From positions 10,530,873-10,594,872 of the forward strand of contig MU053881.1 in the NCBI GenBank assembly GCA_013239625.1: a stretch of DNA of 64,000 nt, given 5' to 3'. The notes below the pieces were generated by a model, which was not told where the DNA came from, searched no databases, and saw only the letters and a program-made list of their open reading frames with translations. This document shows, one piece after another, positions 1 to 10,925 of the stretch; the first letter of the stretch is position 1; the number at the start of each line of letters is the position of its first letter. Both the position numbers and the translations under genes were made by a program. The stretch is from Lama guanicoe. Lineage: Eukaryota.

Positions 1-177
1 TTCCCGTTCTACCTCACACATCTCAACTAGCCTGTTCACGGAACCGGCCTAAACTCTCAACTTTGTAACTCGGACATAGGACACAAAATATGAGAATAAG
101 AATGTGGGAATCATGTCTTTTTCTTAACTGATTCACAGCGCTTTGCGGGGGTGGATTTACAAATAAGGGGACATTTA

Positions 178-579
178 GGTTGAATGGTGGTTCTCAAATG
201 ATATATACATTCTAATTCCCAGAAACTGTGAATTTGTCCTTGTTTGAGAAGAGAGTCTCTGCAGATGTAAGGATTCTGAGATGCGATCATCTGGGATTAT
301 CTAGGAGAGCCCTGAAGCTCATGACATTTATTTTATGAGATACGAAGGGGGAGCTTTGACAGAATGGGAGGAGGCACTGTGTCCCCAGAGCCAGAGACTG
401 GAGTAATGCAGCCACAGGCCAGGAAGCCCTTGGCAGCACTGGAAGTTGGAAAAGTCAAGGGATGCCATCGCCCTTAGAGCCTTCAGAGAGAGCACAATCG
501 TTCTGACCCTCTGATTTCACACTTCCGGTCTGGAACTGCGAGAGAATACACTTCTTTTGTTTTAAGCCACCAAGTTTGT
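178..579 (+). mobile_element. MaLR LTR (MLT1B/C/D-like), 3'-truncated
   Basis: Typical MLT1 blocks: TCTGCAGATGTAAGGATTCTGAGATGCGATCATCTGGGATTATC, GACTGGAGTAATGCAGCCACAGGCCAGGAA and GAACTGCGAGAGAATACACTTCTTTTGTTTTAAGCCACCAAGTTTG. Confidence 0.85.
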
Positions 580-639
580 TCTTTCCTTCTTTCTTCATCC
601 CTTCTCTCTTTCTCTCTCTCTCTCTTTTTTTTTTTTTGT

Positions 640-1560
640 GGTCTTATCTGCTTTTTTGTATTGGTATTAGAGTTTATATTAAATTATAATGAAATAATCT
701 GTTAAAGTCTAGAAGAAGTTGTCAGTGACTGTCTGGTCCAGATGACTTTATATGCGGGTTAATTTTGTTGTCCTCGGCATTCACTTGTGACAGCCTTTAT
801 GTTTTCACTTGATTCAGTTCTGATACGGTATGCATTCTAAGAATTTCCTTAGTGTTCAAGCTTAGTAGCATAATGCTCTTCCTCTTTTTTTTTTCTTAAA
901 TCTTTGTCGTATCTGTAATGATGTCTCCTTGTTAAGTACAAAAGTGGTCAGTTATTTTAAACTGATCTTAGCAGAGGTTTGTCTAATTTTTATTAGCCTT
1001 TTCCAGAAAAAAAAAATGTTTGGATTTTTGATCCTCTGTGTTGTTAGTATTTTTCTTTCATTCATTATATTCTTACCCTTCTAATTTCTCAACAACTTCT
1101 TTATTCGGAGGTATAAGCTGTTCTTTTAACAACATTTTACTTTGTGTGTTAACTTTGAGCTTTTTTCTTTAGCTAAGTCGGTAACTGGAAGCCTATGAAT
1201 TTTGAAATTAGTGCATGTTCTGTACTGAAGTTATGGTACGTGGTATTTTTACTATCATTCAGTTTTAAACATGTGTAAAATTACATTATGTTTTATTTGA
1301 CCTATGTAATTATTTGAAAGATTTTTCTTTTTTGTTTCTTTTTGTCTGACTTAATACATGGGAGGAATGTGTTGAAAATATCCAAGTGGGTTGTGACGCT
1401 TGTCAGTTTTGCCCCCAGATTATGCCGCTATTTGCTTATTGCATTTGAGACTATTCTATTAGAAACATATGTAAGTTTAGAATCGCTGTATCTTCATCAT
1501 GAAACATTTTATTGTGTATTATGAGCTTTTACTGTATATAATGCGTCCTCCTCAAATCCT
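640..1560 (-). mobile_element. Old LINE-1 (L1M-type) ORF2 fragment, antisense
   Basis: T-rich degenerate sequence with antisense L1 ORF2 motifs (GAGGAATGTGTTGAAAATATCC, GCATTTGAGACTATTCTATTAGAAACATAT, TAGCAGAGGTTTGTCTAATTTTTATTAG). Confidence 0.65.
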
Positions 1561-1729
1561 GGGACTATTCCTAGGTTTTTAGTCTAGATCTACCAGTTAC
1601 TGTCTGTATGATTTTGGAAAGCTTATGTAAACTATTAATAAGAACTAGTGAAAAAACTAATAGGGAATGGGAATGGGCAGGTAAGGTGCTTAAAATTAAG
1701 CCTGGGACAAATCAGTGTTATAAAGTGTA

Positions 1730-1904
1730 ACATACTATATAGCACAGGGAAATATCTACAAGATCTTATGGTAACTCACAGTGAAAAAAAATGTGACAAT
1801 GAATATATATATGTTCATGTATAACTGAAAAATTGTGCTCTACACTGAAATTTGACTCAACATTGTAAAATGACTATAACTCACTAAAAAAAAGTTAAAA
1901 AAAA
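1730..1904 (+). mobile_element. Cetartiodactyl-type L1 3' UTR end with A-tail
   Basis: TACTATATAGCACAGGGAAATAT...ATGTATAACTGAAAAATTGTGCTCTACACTGAAATTTGACTCAACATTGTAAAATGACTATAACTC followed by an A-rich tail. Confidence 0.8.
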
Positions 1905-2737
1905 CCACTCCTCAATAGGGAAATGCAAATCAAAACCACAATGAGATATTATCTAGTAGCTGTTAGAATGGTTACCATCCAAATGACAAAAAAGTAACAA
2001 CTGCTGGTAAGAATGTAGAGAAAAGGGAAAATGTGGCACTGTTGGTGGGAATGTAAATCAGTGCAGCCACTGTGGAAAATAGTATGGAGGTTCCTGAAAA
2101 CATTAAAAAAAAAAAACCTACATTATAATCCAGCAATCACACTTCTGGGTCTATATCCAAAGGAAATGAAAACAGAATATCGAAGAGGTATCTACACTCA
2201 CATGTTCATCACAGCATTATTCACAATAGCCAAGATATAAAAATGACCTAAGTGTCCGTCAGTAGATGAATACGTAGAGTGTGTATGTGGTGGAGTCACA
2301 ATGGAATATTACTCAGTCATGAGAAAGAAGAAAATCCTGAGTAATGCTGAGTGAAATGAGCTAGGAAGAGAAGGATACCTTGCTTGCATGGTATCACTTA
2401 ACTTGTGGAACCTAAAAAAAAGGTAGAAAAGTGGACACCAAGTTCTGGAGGATGGAGTAAATAGGGAGAAATTGGTAAAAGGATGCAAACTTTTGGCTAT
2501 ATCATGAATAAGGTCTGAGGATCTATTGTAAAACATGGTAACTGTAGTTGTTAACAGTGTGTTATGTAAGTCAAATTAAATGGTCTCACAAAAATATACA
2601 CAGGATGATAGATGCGTTCATGAACCAGATGGTGGGAACCCTTTCACAAGGCATATGTATATCAAATCACCATGATGTATAATTTAAATATCTTACCATT
2701 TTGTTTGTGAATAATGCCTTAATAGAGCTGATAAAAA
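1905..2737 (+). mobile_element. L1 (L1MA-like) ORF2 C-terminus plus 3' UTR
   Basis: GGGAAATGCAAATCAAAACCACAATGAGAT. ORF 2031-2240 (HCWWECKSVQPLWKIVWRFLK...PAITLLGLYPKE...MFITALFTIAK) matches the L1 ORF2p Cys-rich C-terminus. The 3' UTR ends AATAGAGCTGATAAAAA. Confidence 0.92.
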
Positions 2738-2859
2738 TTCAATATTCATTAATTTAAGATGTCCGCCTGCTACAATGGGTAAGACGTAATAGTTGGCATA
2801 ATCATGAGACTAAAAAAGAGGGAGACATTATGATCTGGCGAAAAAAATGAACTCTAACT

Positions 2860-3245
2860 TAAGAACTCAAAGCTCAGCTTTTATGTTGTTCAAAGATTGT
2901 GTGTCTTGACCAAGTCACATTGACAACACAGATTTCAAGGTTCTCATCTATCAAATGGGCACAGAGTGCTGTGTGGCTTGAATCACATAATGAATAGAGC
3001 AGCAAACCTTGCATGCAGAAAGTGATTAACAAATGTTAGGTAAAATCATGAAAAATTCTTCATGAATAGTCTCTCATTTATTTTTTATAATAACATCCTG
3101 GGGGGAGATGCCAATTTTCCCATTTTACAGACAAGAAGAGCAGGGCTCAGAGATTACTTAAGTTGTCAGTTGTTGCACTAATATGTAGCAGAGGTGGGTT
3201 TGAATCTAATTCCTAATTTCAGATCCCATGCTCTTTTACTACTAT
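2860..3245. mobile_element. Two MIR SINE fragments in opposite orientations
   Basis: Plus-strand core TGTGTCTTGACCAAGTCAC...TTCTCATCTATCAAATGGG; minus-strand core CCCATTTTACAGACAAGAAGAGCAGGGCTCAGAGA...GGGTTTGAATC. Confidence 0.7.
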
Positions 3246-3660
3246 GACCTTTGGTTACAGAGCATAAGGTCTAAGATGGTATTTAAATGTCAAATGGCAC
3301 TGATGAGAAGCAATAAATGATGTCAGAAAGGGAAAGTACTGATCAATGAAACCTTTACAGAGGAGGTGGAATTTTCCTTCAAGAGGAGGAAAAGATTGAA
3401 GTATTTGGTTTAATACCAGTAAAAAGAATCACAAAGCAGGACACGAGGTATGTGTTAGGTTGTATTTTGCAAAAATGACCTTGGCAAGATTGCCAGCTTG
3501 GGAGTTGCCATGCTCTCCCAGAACCTTGACATTCCCTATCTAGAGGTGAATTCTATTTCTCTTCCTGAAACTCACTGTACCTTTGGGACTGCTTTAACAA
3601 ATAAAATAAAAAGAGAAGTAAAACCCCTCGAAGTTTTTCCTTCACATATGGGCTACATGG

Positions 3661-4077
3661 TATGTTAGAGTTCTCCAGAGAAACAGAACCTATAGCATAT
3701 GTAAATATATACAACGAAAGATTTATTTTAAGGAATTGGATCACATGATTGTAGGGGCTGGCAAGTCTGAAAACTGCAGGCCAGGCAACCAGGCTAGAGA
3801 CCCAGGCCAAAGTGAATGTTGCAGCTTTGAGACCAAAGGAACTTTGCGTGCAGAATCCCTTCTTCCTTGGGGGACCTCATTTTTCCCTCTTAAGGTATTC
3901 AACTGATTAGATGAGGCCCACCCATGTTATGGAAGGTAATCTATTTTACTCAAGTCTACTGAGTTCAGCGTTAATCACACCTAAAAACTACCTTCACAGC
4001 AACATCAAGACTGGTGTTTGATCAACCAACTGGGTACCACGGCTTAGCCAAGTTGACACACAAAATTAACCATAACA
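3661..4077 (-). mobile_element. ERVL solo LTR (MLT2-like)
   Basis: Starts TATGTTAGAGTTCTCCAGAGAAACAGAACC and ends GCCAAGTTGACACACAAAATTAACCATAACA. Flanked by CATGG (3656-3660) and CATGA (4078-4082), a 5-bp TSD with one mismatch. Confidence 0.9.
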
Positions 4078-4479
4078 CATGAGCTGAGTAAATATAATGT
4101 CAATGCAATTATAAAACAAGGCTGGGTACAGTCTTTGCTATTTTCACTTTGGCTGTTAGGACTTAAAGCATTCCATTTGTATCAACAGTCAGAAACTTAT
4201 GTATAGATGTTCACGTGCCCATAGCTAAATGATAACCAAAACAATGTATTTTGCAGATGAGAATTTCCTTTAAATACAACGGTGCCACGAAATTAAAGCC
4301 ATCAGCCTCTATTCTAAGACTCCCAGAGGAATGCTCTAATAATATTAATACTTTGTGTTCTTGTCTCATTTTGAATATGGTTTATCATTGGGTGTTAGGA
4401 TATGTCATTAACAAGCTGAAACTTTGAAGTAGTTTCTTGGAAGATGACACTGTTGTGATGAGTTTGGACACTGTTGACA

Positions 4480-4680
4480 CAGACCTGACTTTGCCCCCTA
4501 CTAGCTGTGTGTTCTTGAGCAAGTCACTTAACCTTTCTGAGCCTAACAGTTCTCATTTGTAGAAGGATATGATTTGAGTTCCTACCTCACTGAGTTGTCG
4601 TAAGAATTGAATAGGATTACATAGATACGAGCTGGGCATGGTACTTGGAACAAAATAAATGTTCCATATGTATCAAATAC
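4480..4680 (+). mobile_element. MIR SINE
   Basis: CTAGCTGTGTGTTCTTGAGCAAGTCACTTAACCTTTCTGAGCCT MIR core. Confidence 0.8.
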
Positions 4681-4814
4681 TAACAAAAATAAAATTAATG
4701 ACTATAGGCAGGCAGTTCCAAGAGCATTTTGCTGTTTTTATTACGTTCTGGAATGAAATAGCCTTTTCGAGAACCTGACAAATAAATCTATCATGAATAT
4801 AAGTATCATTTTCA

Positions 4815-5560
4815 TTCTTTCATCCATTCAAAATTCTTATATCGAGTCCTAGGCATTGTCCTCAAGCCCAGGAATTTACTGGTGAAGAAATAAGACAACA
4901 GTGTTAACATTCATGAGCTTACAGTTCAGTGAGTAGAAAATAATAATAAATAAATGTAAGCCTGTGGACACATATGGTGATAAGCGCTATGCGGAAACCA
5001 GCAAGGTGAGGCAGGGTCCTACCTGGATAGGGACATACAAACGAAAGCACCGAAATTGGCAAAGCCTTTGCCCTCATAAAGACTATTCATTTTCAAGTAA
5101 GTGCAAAAGAAAGCCATTTTATGATTTTAAGTAGGGAAATGATTATAAACTGATATATATATTTATATACATATATATATACACATTTATATACATTCAT
5201 ATATATATTTATATACACATATATATATTTTTTTAACAGTTTGTTTCCTATGTGGAAAAGAACTTCTCGGGGAGACAAGGAACCAGAAAAACCAATATGG
5301 AAGGAAGCTGCAGTAAAAACTGAACAGACGTGTAGGAAAACAAGGGTTATGAGAAATGGATTGATTTGAGAAATGTTTGTAAGTTGTAACTCACGAAGTG
5401 TGGATACAGGGCTGGGGGGAGTTAAAACAGAAGAAAGTAAAGAATGATTCTAGATTTCTCTAAAAACTTGGGGAGATGTTGGTGACACAAACTGACATAA
5501 ATAAGACCGAGAGAAAAAAAACCCTGACTTTTCTTTGTAGGGGGTTGATAATCAAGAGCT
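4815..5560 (-). mobile_element. L2 fragments (antisense) interrupted by a TA-rich tract at about 5153-5227
   Basis: TTCATCCATTCAAAAT...CATGAGCTTACAGTTCAGTG (L2 3' end, antisense); AGAAATGGATTGATTTGAGAAAT; AAGAATGATTCTAGATTTCT. Confidence 0.6.
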
Positions 5561-5749
5561 TTTGGAGACATGTCATGGTGGGGCGCTAAGAAGACAGCCA
5601 AGCAGAAACCCAAAGCAGGTGGACATCTCGGGCACACACAAGAGGCTTCTACTGCAGGTAGAACTCCTGGTTCCTCGGCATCTATTTGGCACACAAGGTC
5701 AGAGGAGCTGGGGGACAAAAGGAAGAGCAAGAAAAGAAGAGGTACGGGG

Positions 5750-6215
5750 TGGATGAGGTCCCTAAGGTTCTCATAACCAATTTCTACCACATGGGTAGCC
5801 GATACCAACAGACATTTATTTTCTTTCAGGATTTTCAGCTACAAGCCAGACGTCAAAATTCAAGGTACTGGTGGGATCATCCTCCCTCTGAAGGCTCCAG
5901 GGAAGAATCATTCCTGGCCTCTTCCAACTTGTGGTGCCTCCTGGCATTCATTCACTGGCTTATGGCAACATGGACTCAACCTCTGTCTCTGTCTTTACGT
6001 GATCTTTCTCTTTCTGCGTCTTCAGTCTCTCTCCCCCTTCTCTTACAAGGACAGCAGTCATTAAATTTAGCATCCATCCTATACCCGGGACGACCTCAAT
6101 CAGAAATTCATCATGTAATTACATCTGCAAACACCCTATTTCCAAATAAATTCATATTCACAGCTTAGGATTTGGATCTATCATTTTGGTGGGGGGGTCT
6201 ATTTAATCCACTACA
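5750..6215 (-). mobile_element. MaLR LTR (MLT1B/C-like)
   Basis: CCCTCTGAAGGCTCCAGGGAAGAATCATTCCTGGCCTCTTCC and TAATTACATCTGCAAACACCCTATTTCCAAATAA; ends ATTTAATCCACTACA. Confidence 0.85.
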
Positions 6216-7380
6216 TGGGCCAATCTATAGGAATTCTAGGATTAAAAGTTTGTGTAGAGGAAAGAAGAGAAGCCTGCAAAGGAGATTACTGAGATGTTAC
6301 TTTCAGGGAATGGAGTTGTCACAGAGGCTAAGACCAGCAAGTGTGTCAAGGAGCAGCATGTGGTCAAACTGAGGGGAACGTTGCTTTTTGACGAATAGTA
6401 ATTAAGAAAATCCATGCAAAACACACAGCATAGTACCTTTTAAGTACCCTAGTACTACTTTTGTTCTCGCTGTTGTTGAACAGGGAGGCCCTAAGTTTCT
6501 AGAAAAGCATTTTAACCCAGCATTGAAAATTATTCTAGTGGAACTGCCCTGCTATTTAGTTAAGTGATGAATGTTTAAAGGGAATTTAAAAAATGGTCAT
6601 ACTGAATAATGTAATTTTTATCATCCGCATGGAAAAAAATAGAGAACTTAATTGAAAGTCCATTTTAGGATACTCTCAATTAATATTTTAGCTTGCTTAA
6701 ATTTACTATACATTTTTTCAAAAGGATCAAATAAGGCCTTGATTTGTTAGCAAAAAAAAAAATGACTGGAGCAATAAATAGAATCTGGATTATGAAGAAT
6801 AAGAAATTGTGATTTAAATTGTTTTTCTAGACTGTTTCTAGCATATCTAAAATATGTATTGGAATATATAAATATTGACATATATATTGAAAAATATATT
6901 AAAGTATTTCAAGGGTTTTATCTCTTATTGGGGTCATTTCAAATCCCAGTTCTATGAGTAGGACTTGAAACCCATTATGTGTTGCTGAAATTCTTAAGGC
7001 TGTCTTAAGAGCTTATGAAGATGTGACATCAGGATATTAAACAATTTTTAACCAAATATTTTAAAATAAAACAGCACAGAACTACCCTGAGCTAATTCTA
7101 TTTCCAACACTCTAAGCTTGATATCAAGATGCACTCATTTTTCAGCCTGCCATTTGAGTTGACTTGTAAAATTTAGGCAAAGTCAACAAAAGGCATTTCC
7201 AAAGGAGAGCCTTAGAAGGAACAGGATAGTGACCAGGCATAGTCTTTCAGTAGTAAACTCTAAGGATCTTCAAAGGACTCAAGGATATATGAGTAGGAAC
7301 TTTGCTCATAAAAAAGCATTTTTTAATAGGACAGTGGCCGTATGGGAAAGAAGTTCTTATACTTTTCTTGCATTCAGCAA

Positions 7381-7402
7381 ATATATATATTATATATGTA
7401 TG

Positions 7403-7437
<35 letters not shown>
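7381..7437. repeat. Compound (TA)n/(TATG)n microsatellite
   Basis: Direct inspection. It explains the YI-repeat ORFs at 7229 and 7342. Confidence 0.95.
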
Positions 7438-7439
<2 letters not shown>

Positions 7440-8209
7440 CGTGCATGTCACAGGTAGTGGTAGTGGTCTCCATACTTTTTGGATCACGCATCCCAAAAGT
7501 ATTTCATGTGTGTGTGCACATATACCAAAGATTCCTCTATCTATTTTAAAATATAGAAACATCAAAAATATAACGGCTCAAAGATGAAAAATTAATAGAA
7601 ATAAAATTCAATAATTAACACCCCTGAGCCACATTCATCCAATTTGGAGGAAAACTAACTTAAGGGCCTTAGAAGAGAAGTTAGTCTCCCACAGTGGCTA
7701 AAACTGAGGGCTAGAGAGACAGGCTGCTTGAGTTCAAATCACACTGGCCTGTGAGTCTTAGACAGGTGTAAGATTATCGAAGATTGCTGGGCAATGTGCT
7801 TCTGGAAACCGAATCCATTCTCTCATCTCCCTACATACAAGGGTACCACTCGGAATTATAGTTGCTTGACTAGAATGCATTTCTAGGTTAGGATGGGGTC
7901 CCTCTATAACAGATGGAAATACACAGTCTTGTGGGATGACAAAGTCATCCCAGCTTGTTTGGGATTTACTCAGTTCAGCACTGAACCTCCCGCCTCCACT
8001 TTCTAAATAAAGCTGTCCCGGGCAGACCAAGGTGGTTGGTCAGTAATCATGTAACAGAGAAAGATAACGAATACAATACTAACACATCGTGCCTAGAGTA
8101 CTTAGAATTCCTCCAGAGAGGTTTTCTAAATAAATTCAAGCATTTACTTTTATAGTAATTAAATATAAAGTAATGTTTGAGAAAGTGAGAAATTTGAAGG
8201 GGAAGTTAA

Positions 8210-8362
8210 ATCTTGCTATTCAACATGTGTTTCTTCAGACCAAACTGGAGCTTGATAGAAATGCAGGATCTCTGGTCCCAGCCCCAGAATTACTGCAACA
8301 GGATCTACATGTTAACCATATCCTCTGGTATTTTTAACCACATCAAATTTGGGAAGGACTGA
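8210..8362. mobile_element. hAT-Charlie MITE (MER5-like)
   Basis: CTGGAGCTTGATAGAAATGCAGGATCTCTGGTCCCAGCCCCAGA...CATCAAATTTGGGAAGGACTG. Confidence 0.7.
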
Positions 8363-8651
8363 TACAGAATAGCAAATGACTACCCCCCACCCCCCATTGA
8401 TTTATATGCATTGCAATTGTGGTTGCATATCAAAAATCACTTGTGCAGCTTTTATAACTACTCTCAGGATAGTCAAGATTTAGAAGGTCATCTTGGTGTT
8501 TTATGAACACATTGGGTGTTTCCGATTTATAATATAAGCTGAGATCTCTAATTTGGAATAGACAGGTAATTATTTCCTTTGAACCTTGTCACCTTCTTAG
8601 ACCTCACTGCCATACACAAGAATTATTCCCGCTTATTGCCATGATTTAAGC

Positions 8652-8825
8652 CAGTGGTTCTCATACTACTCTGTGTATTAGAATTATCCGGAAGGTTTGC
8701 TATAGTGCAGAGTAGGCGCCTCCACCTCCAGAATTGCTCATTCACAGAACCTAGTTTGCATTTCTGAAAAGTTCCAAGAGGACACCAATACTTCTGGGCC
8801 AGGAGCCACACTTTGAGAACCACTC
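8652..8825. mobile_element. hAT-Charlie MITE (MER5A-like)
   Basis: Terminal inverted repeats CAGTGGTTCTCA...TGAGAACCACT, with internal TTTGCATTTCTGAAAAGTTCC. Confidence 0.85.
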
Positions 8826-9219
8826 CACTGATGACCTGACTCTGAATAGAAAGTAACTGGGTTTAAATTTCTGCTCTTACACCCACTAGCACTGACGCCT
8901 TGGGCACATTGTTGCTTCTTGTTCTGTACTTTCGTTCCTACAAAACTTGGGGAGAATTGGGGTATGCACCTTATATGTATAAATGAGATAATTTATGCAA
9001 ATTATGCATAATGCCTAAGCTTTACTACTGCTTGTAGAGATATTCATCACTTTTATTGTCCAAAATCAAAGACTATTGAATTGCTAATGTTATGCATTTT
9101 GGCCAATGAATAAGCTTATTCCTCATTGATGCTAGACCTGTACTTTCAAAAAGATCCAAAAGATTCAAAAACAAATTAGAGATGACAAAAATTACAAATA
9201 ACGTCTCATATTTTCTGCA

Positions 9220-9358
9220 GCCTCCAGGCTCATTAGTTTATTAAAGGTCCTGAGAAGTCCTGCTGTATAGAAACCTGTTTAACTTAACATTCTCCAGAAT
9301 TAAATTTAATTCCTTGAGAATTAATGTTATTTGGAATGTACTTTGAAAAACACTGGCT
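9220..9358. mobile_element. hAT MITE fragment (MER112-like)
   Basis: AAAGGTCCTGAGAAGTCCTGCTGTATAGAAACCTGTTTAACT...CTTTGAAAAACACTG. Similar degenerate copies lie at about 36855-37110 and 50570-50830. Confidence 0.5.
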
Positions 9359-9859
9359 TAGAGAGTTAACTTTCTTTTAAAATGAGATGCTGTATTCTTT
9401 GTACGTTGATTTATCAACTTCAGAAAATACTCCCACAAGCTGATCAGTATTTCACTGTGAAGGCAGTGGACTATCTGATACGCAATCTTATGAGAATGGA
9501 TGAAAGAATGTCACACAACTGAAGGGGGGGTTAAGAACGATGGACAGAAGACATGTTCTATTTGTGTACATAAGACTAAGTGAAAAATGTCCTAACCAGG
9601 TCTCCTGTAAAGTCCAGATAATAGTGCTATAATTCACTGTCTGAAGTTTGATAAACCACAGAGTTGATTCCCTAGAACTTAAGCCTAAAATATATTAGAA
9701 ACAGATCTCAAATTGATTATAAGGACTAATTTTTATTAGATTTAAAGGAATCAAAGGGCTTAAAAGGACCTTAGAGATAACCTATTATTTGCAAATGTAT
9801 ACACTAAATGACTGCATTCAGTCTACCATCTTGCTTACTGCTTAGGTGAACTCAGACAC

Positions 9860-10925
9860 ACAGTTTTAAGCCTATCTGTAGGTTGATGACTCACCCATCT
9901 ATAAAACTATGCTTGACTTCATCTTTGACCTCAATTCACTTATCTAGCTGCTGATTTGTTATCTCTACTGGGATATCTACAAGGATCTCAAATTTAAGGT
10001 GTCCAAACTTAAAATCTTGGCTCACCTAAACCTGTCCCCTCCCATGCTCCCCAAATCCATTTCTTTTGCAGTCTTCTCAGATTTGGTAAATGGGAAGTCC
10101 ATCTTACAACTTTCTTGTGCCAAAAGTCTCAGAATCATCCTTGATCCTTCCTTCTCACACCTCACATTTAATCCACCACCAAGCCTGTCAGATCTCCTTT
10201 CAAATAAACCCAGAATCAAGCTTCATCTACCCACTCTCACTGCTACCACCTATTGGAAACCACCTGCAACTACCGCCTAGATTAGCGTACTCATTTCCTT
10301 AGTGGTCTCCCTGCTTTCCTTCCTGGGAACCCAACTGTCTAGTCTCACAGAATAGGCAGAAAGATGCTCCTAAAAGGCAAACCTGATCCTTGCTTAAAAC
10401 TTTAAGATGGTTTAAAACTCTCCCACCTTCCTCAGTATAAAACCCAAAACACGTGTTACAACCTCTGAAGCGGTGCCTGTTCTGACGTCCCTCCCACCTT
10501 TGACATCATGGACCATTTTCCTGATGACTCACTGTGCCTGCTGCTCTCTGGACTCCTCCTGAAATGCGTCACGTGTATTCCCATTCCAATGCCTTTGTAT
10601 GTGCTGTCCCATCCCCTCAAATGCTCTTTCCCAGAGAGACCTACACGGCTCACTCCCTGGCTTGGTTTAGGTCTCTGTGCGATACTGAATACCAAACAGG
10701 ACTTTCATAATGATGCTTCCTACGCTAAAACTCCTTCTACTCTCTGTCCTGAACCCTCATAGATATTAACACTGTCTTACACACACATTTGTCTGGTTAT
10801 TATCTATTTTCCCCCACTAGAATGCAATCTCCACAACCATTTGCTTTCTCCATCATCCCTAGAGTTTAGAGCAGATCTGAGTACATAGCAGGCATCAATA
10901 AATATTTGTTGAACAAATGAATGAA
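9860..10925 (+). mobile_element. L2 (L2a-like) 3' portion
   Basis: L2 RT/3' region (ATCTCTACTGGGATATCT; AGAATCATCCTTGATCCTTCCTTCTC) ending CCCCACTAGAATGCAATCTCC...AATAAATATTTGTTGAACAAATGAATGAA. Confidence 0.88.

Noticed and set aside
5562..5776. Lys/Arg-rich ORFs suggesting a basic protein
   Set aside because: Purine-rich sequence between an antisense L2 and an MLT1 LTR, with no splice or homology support.
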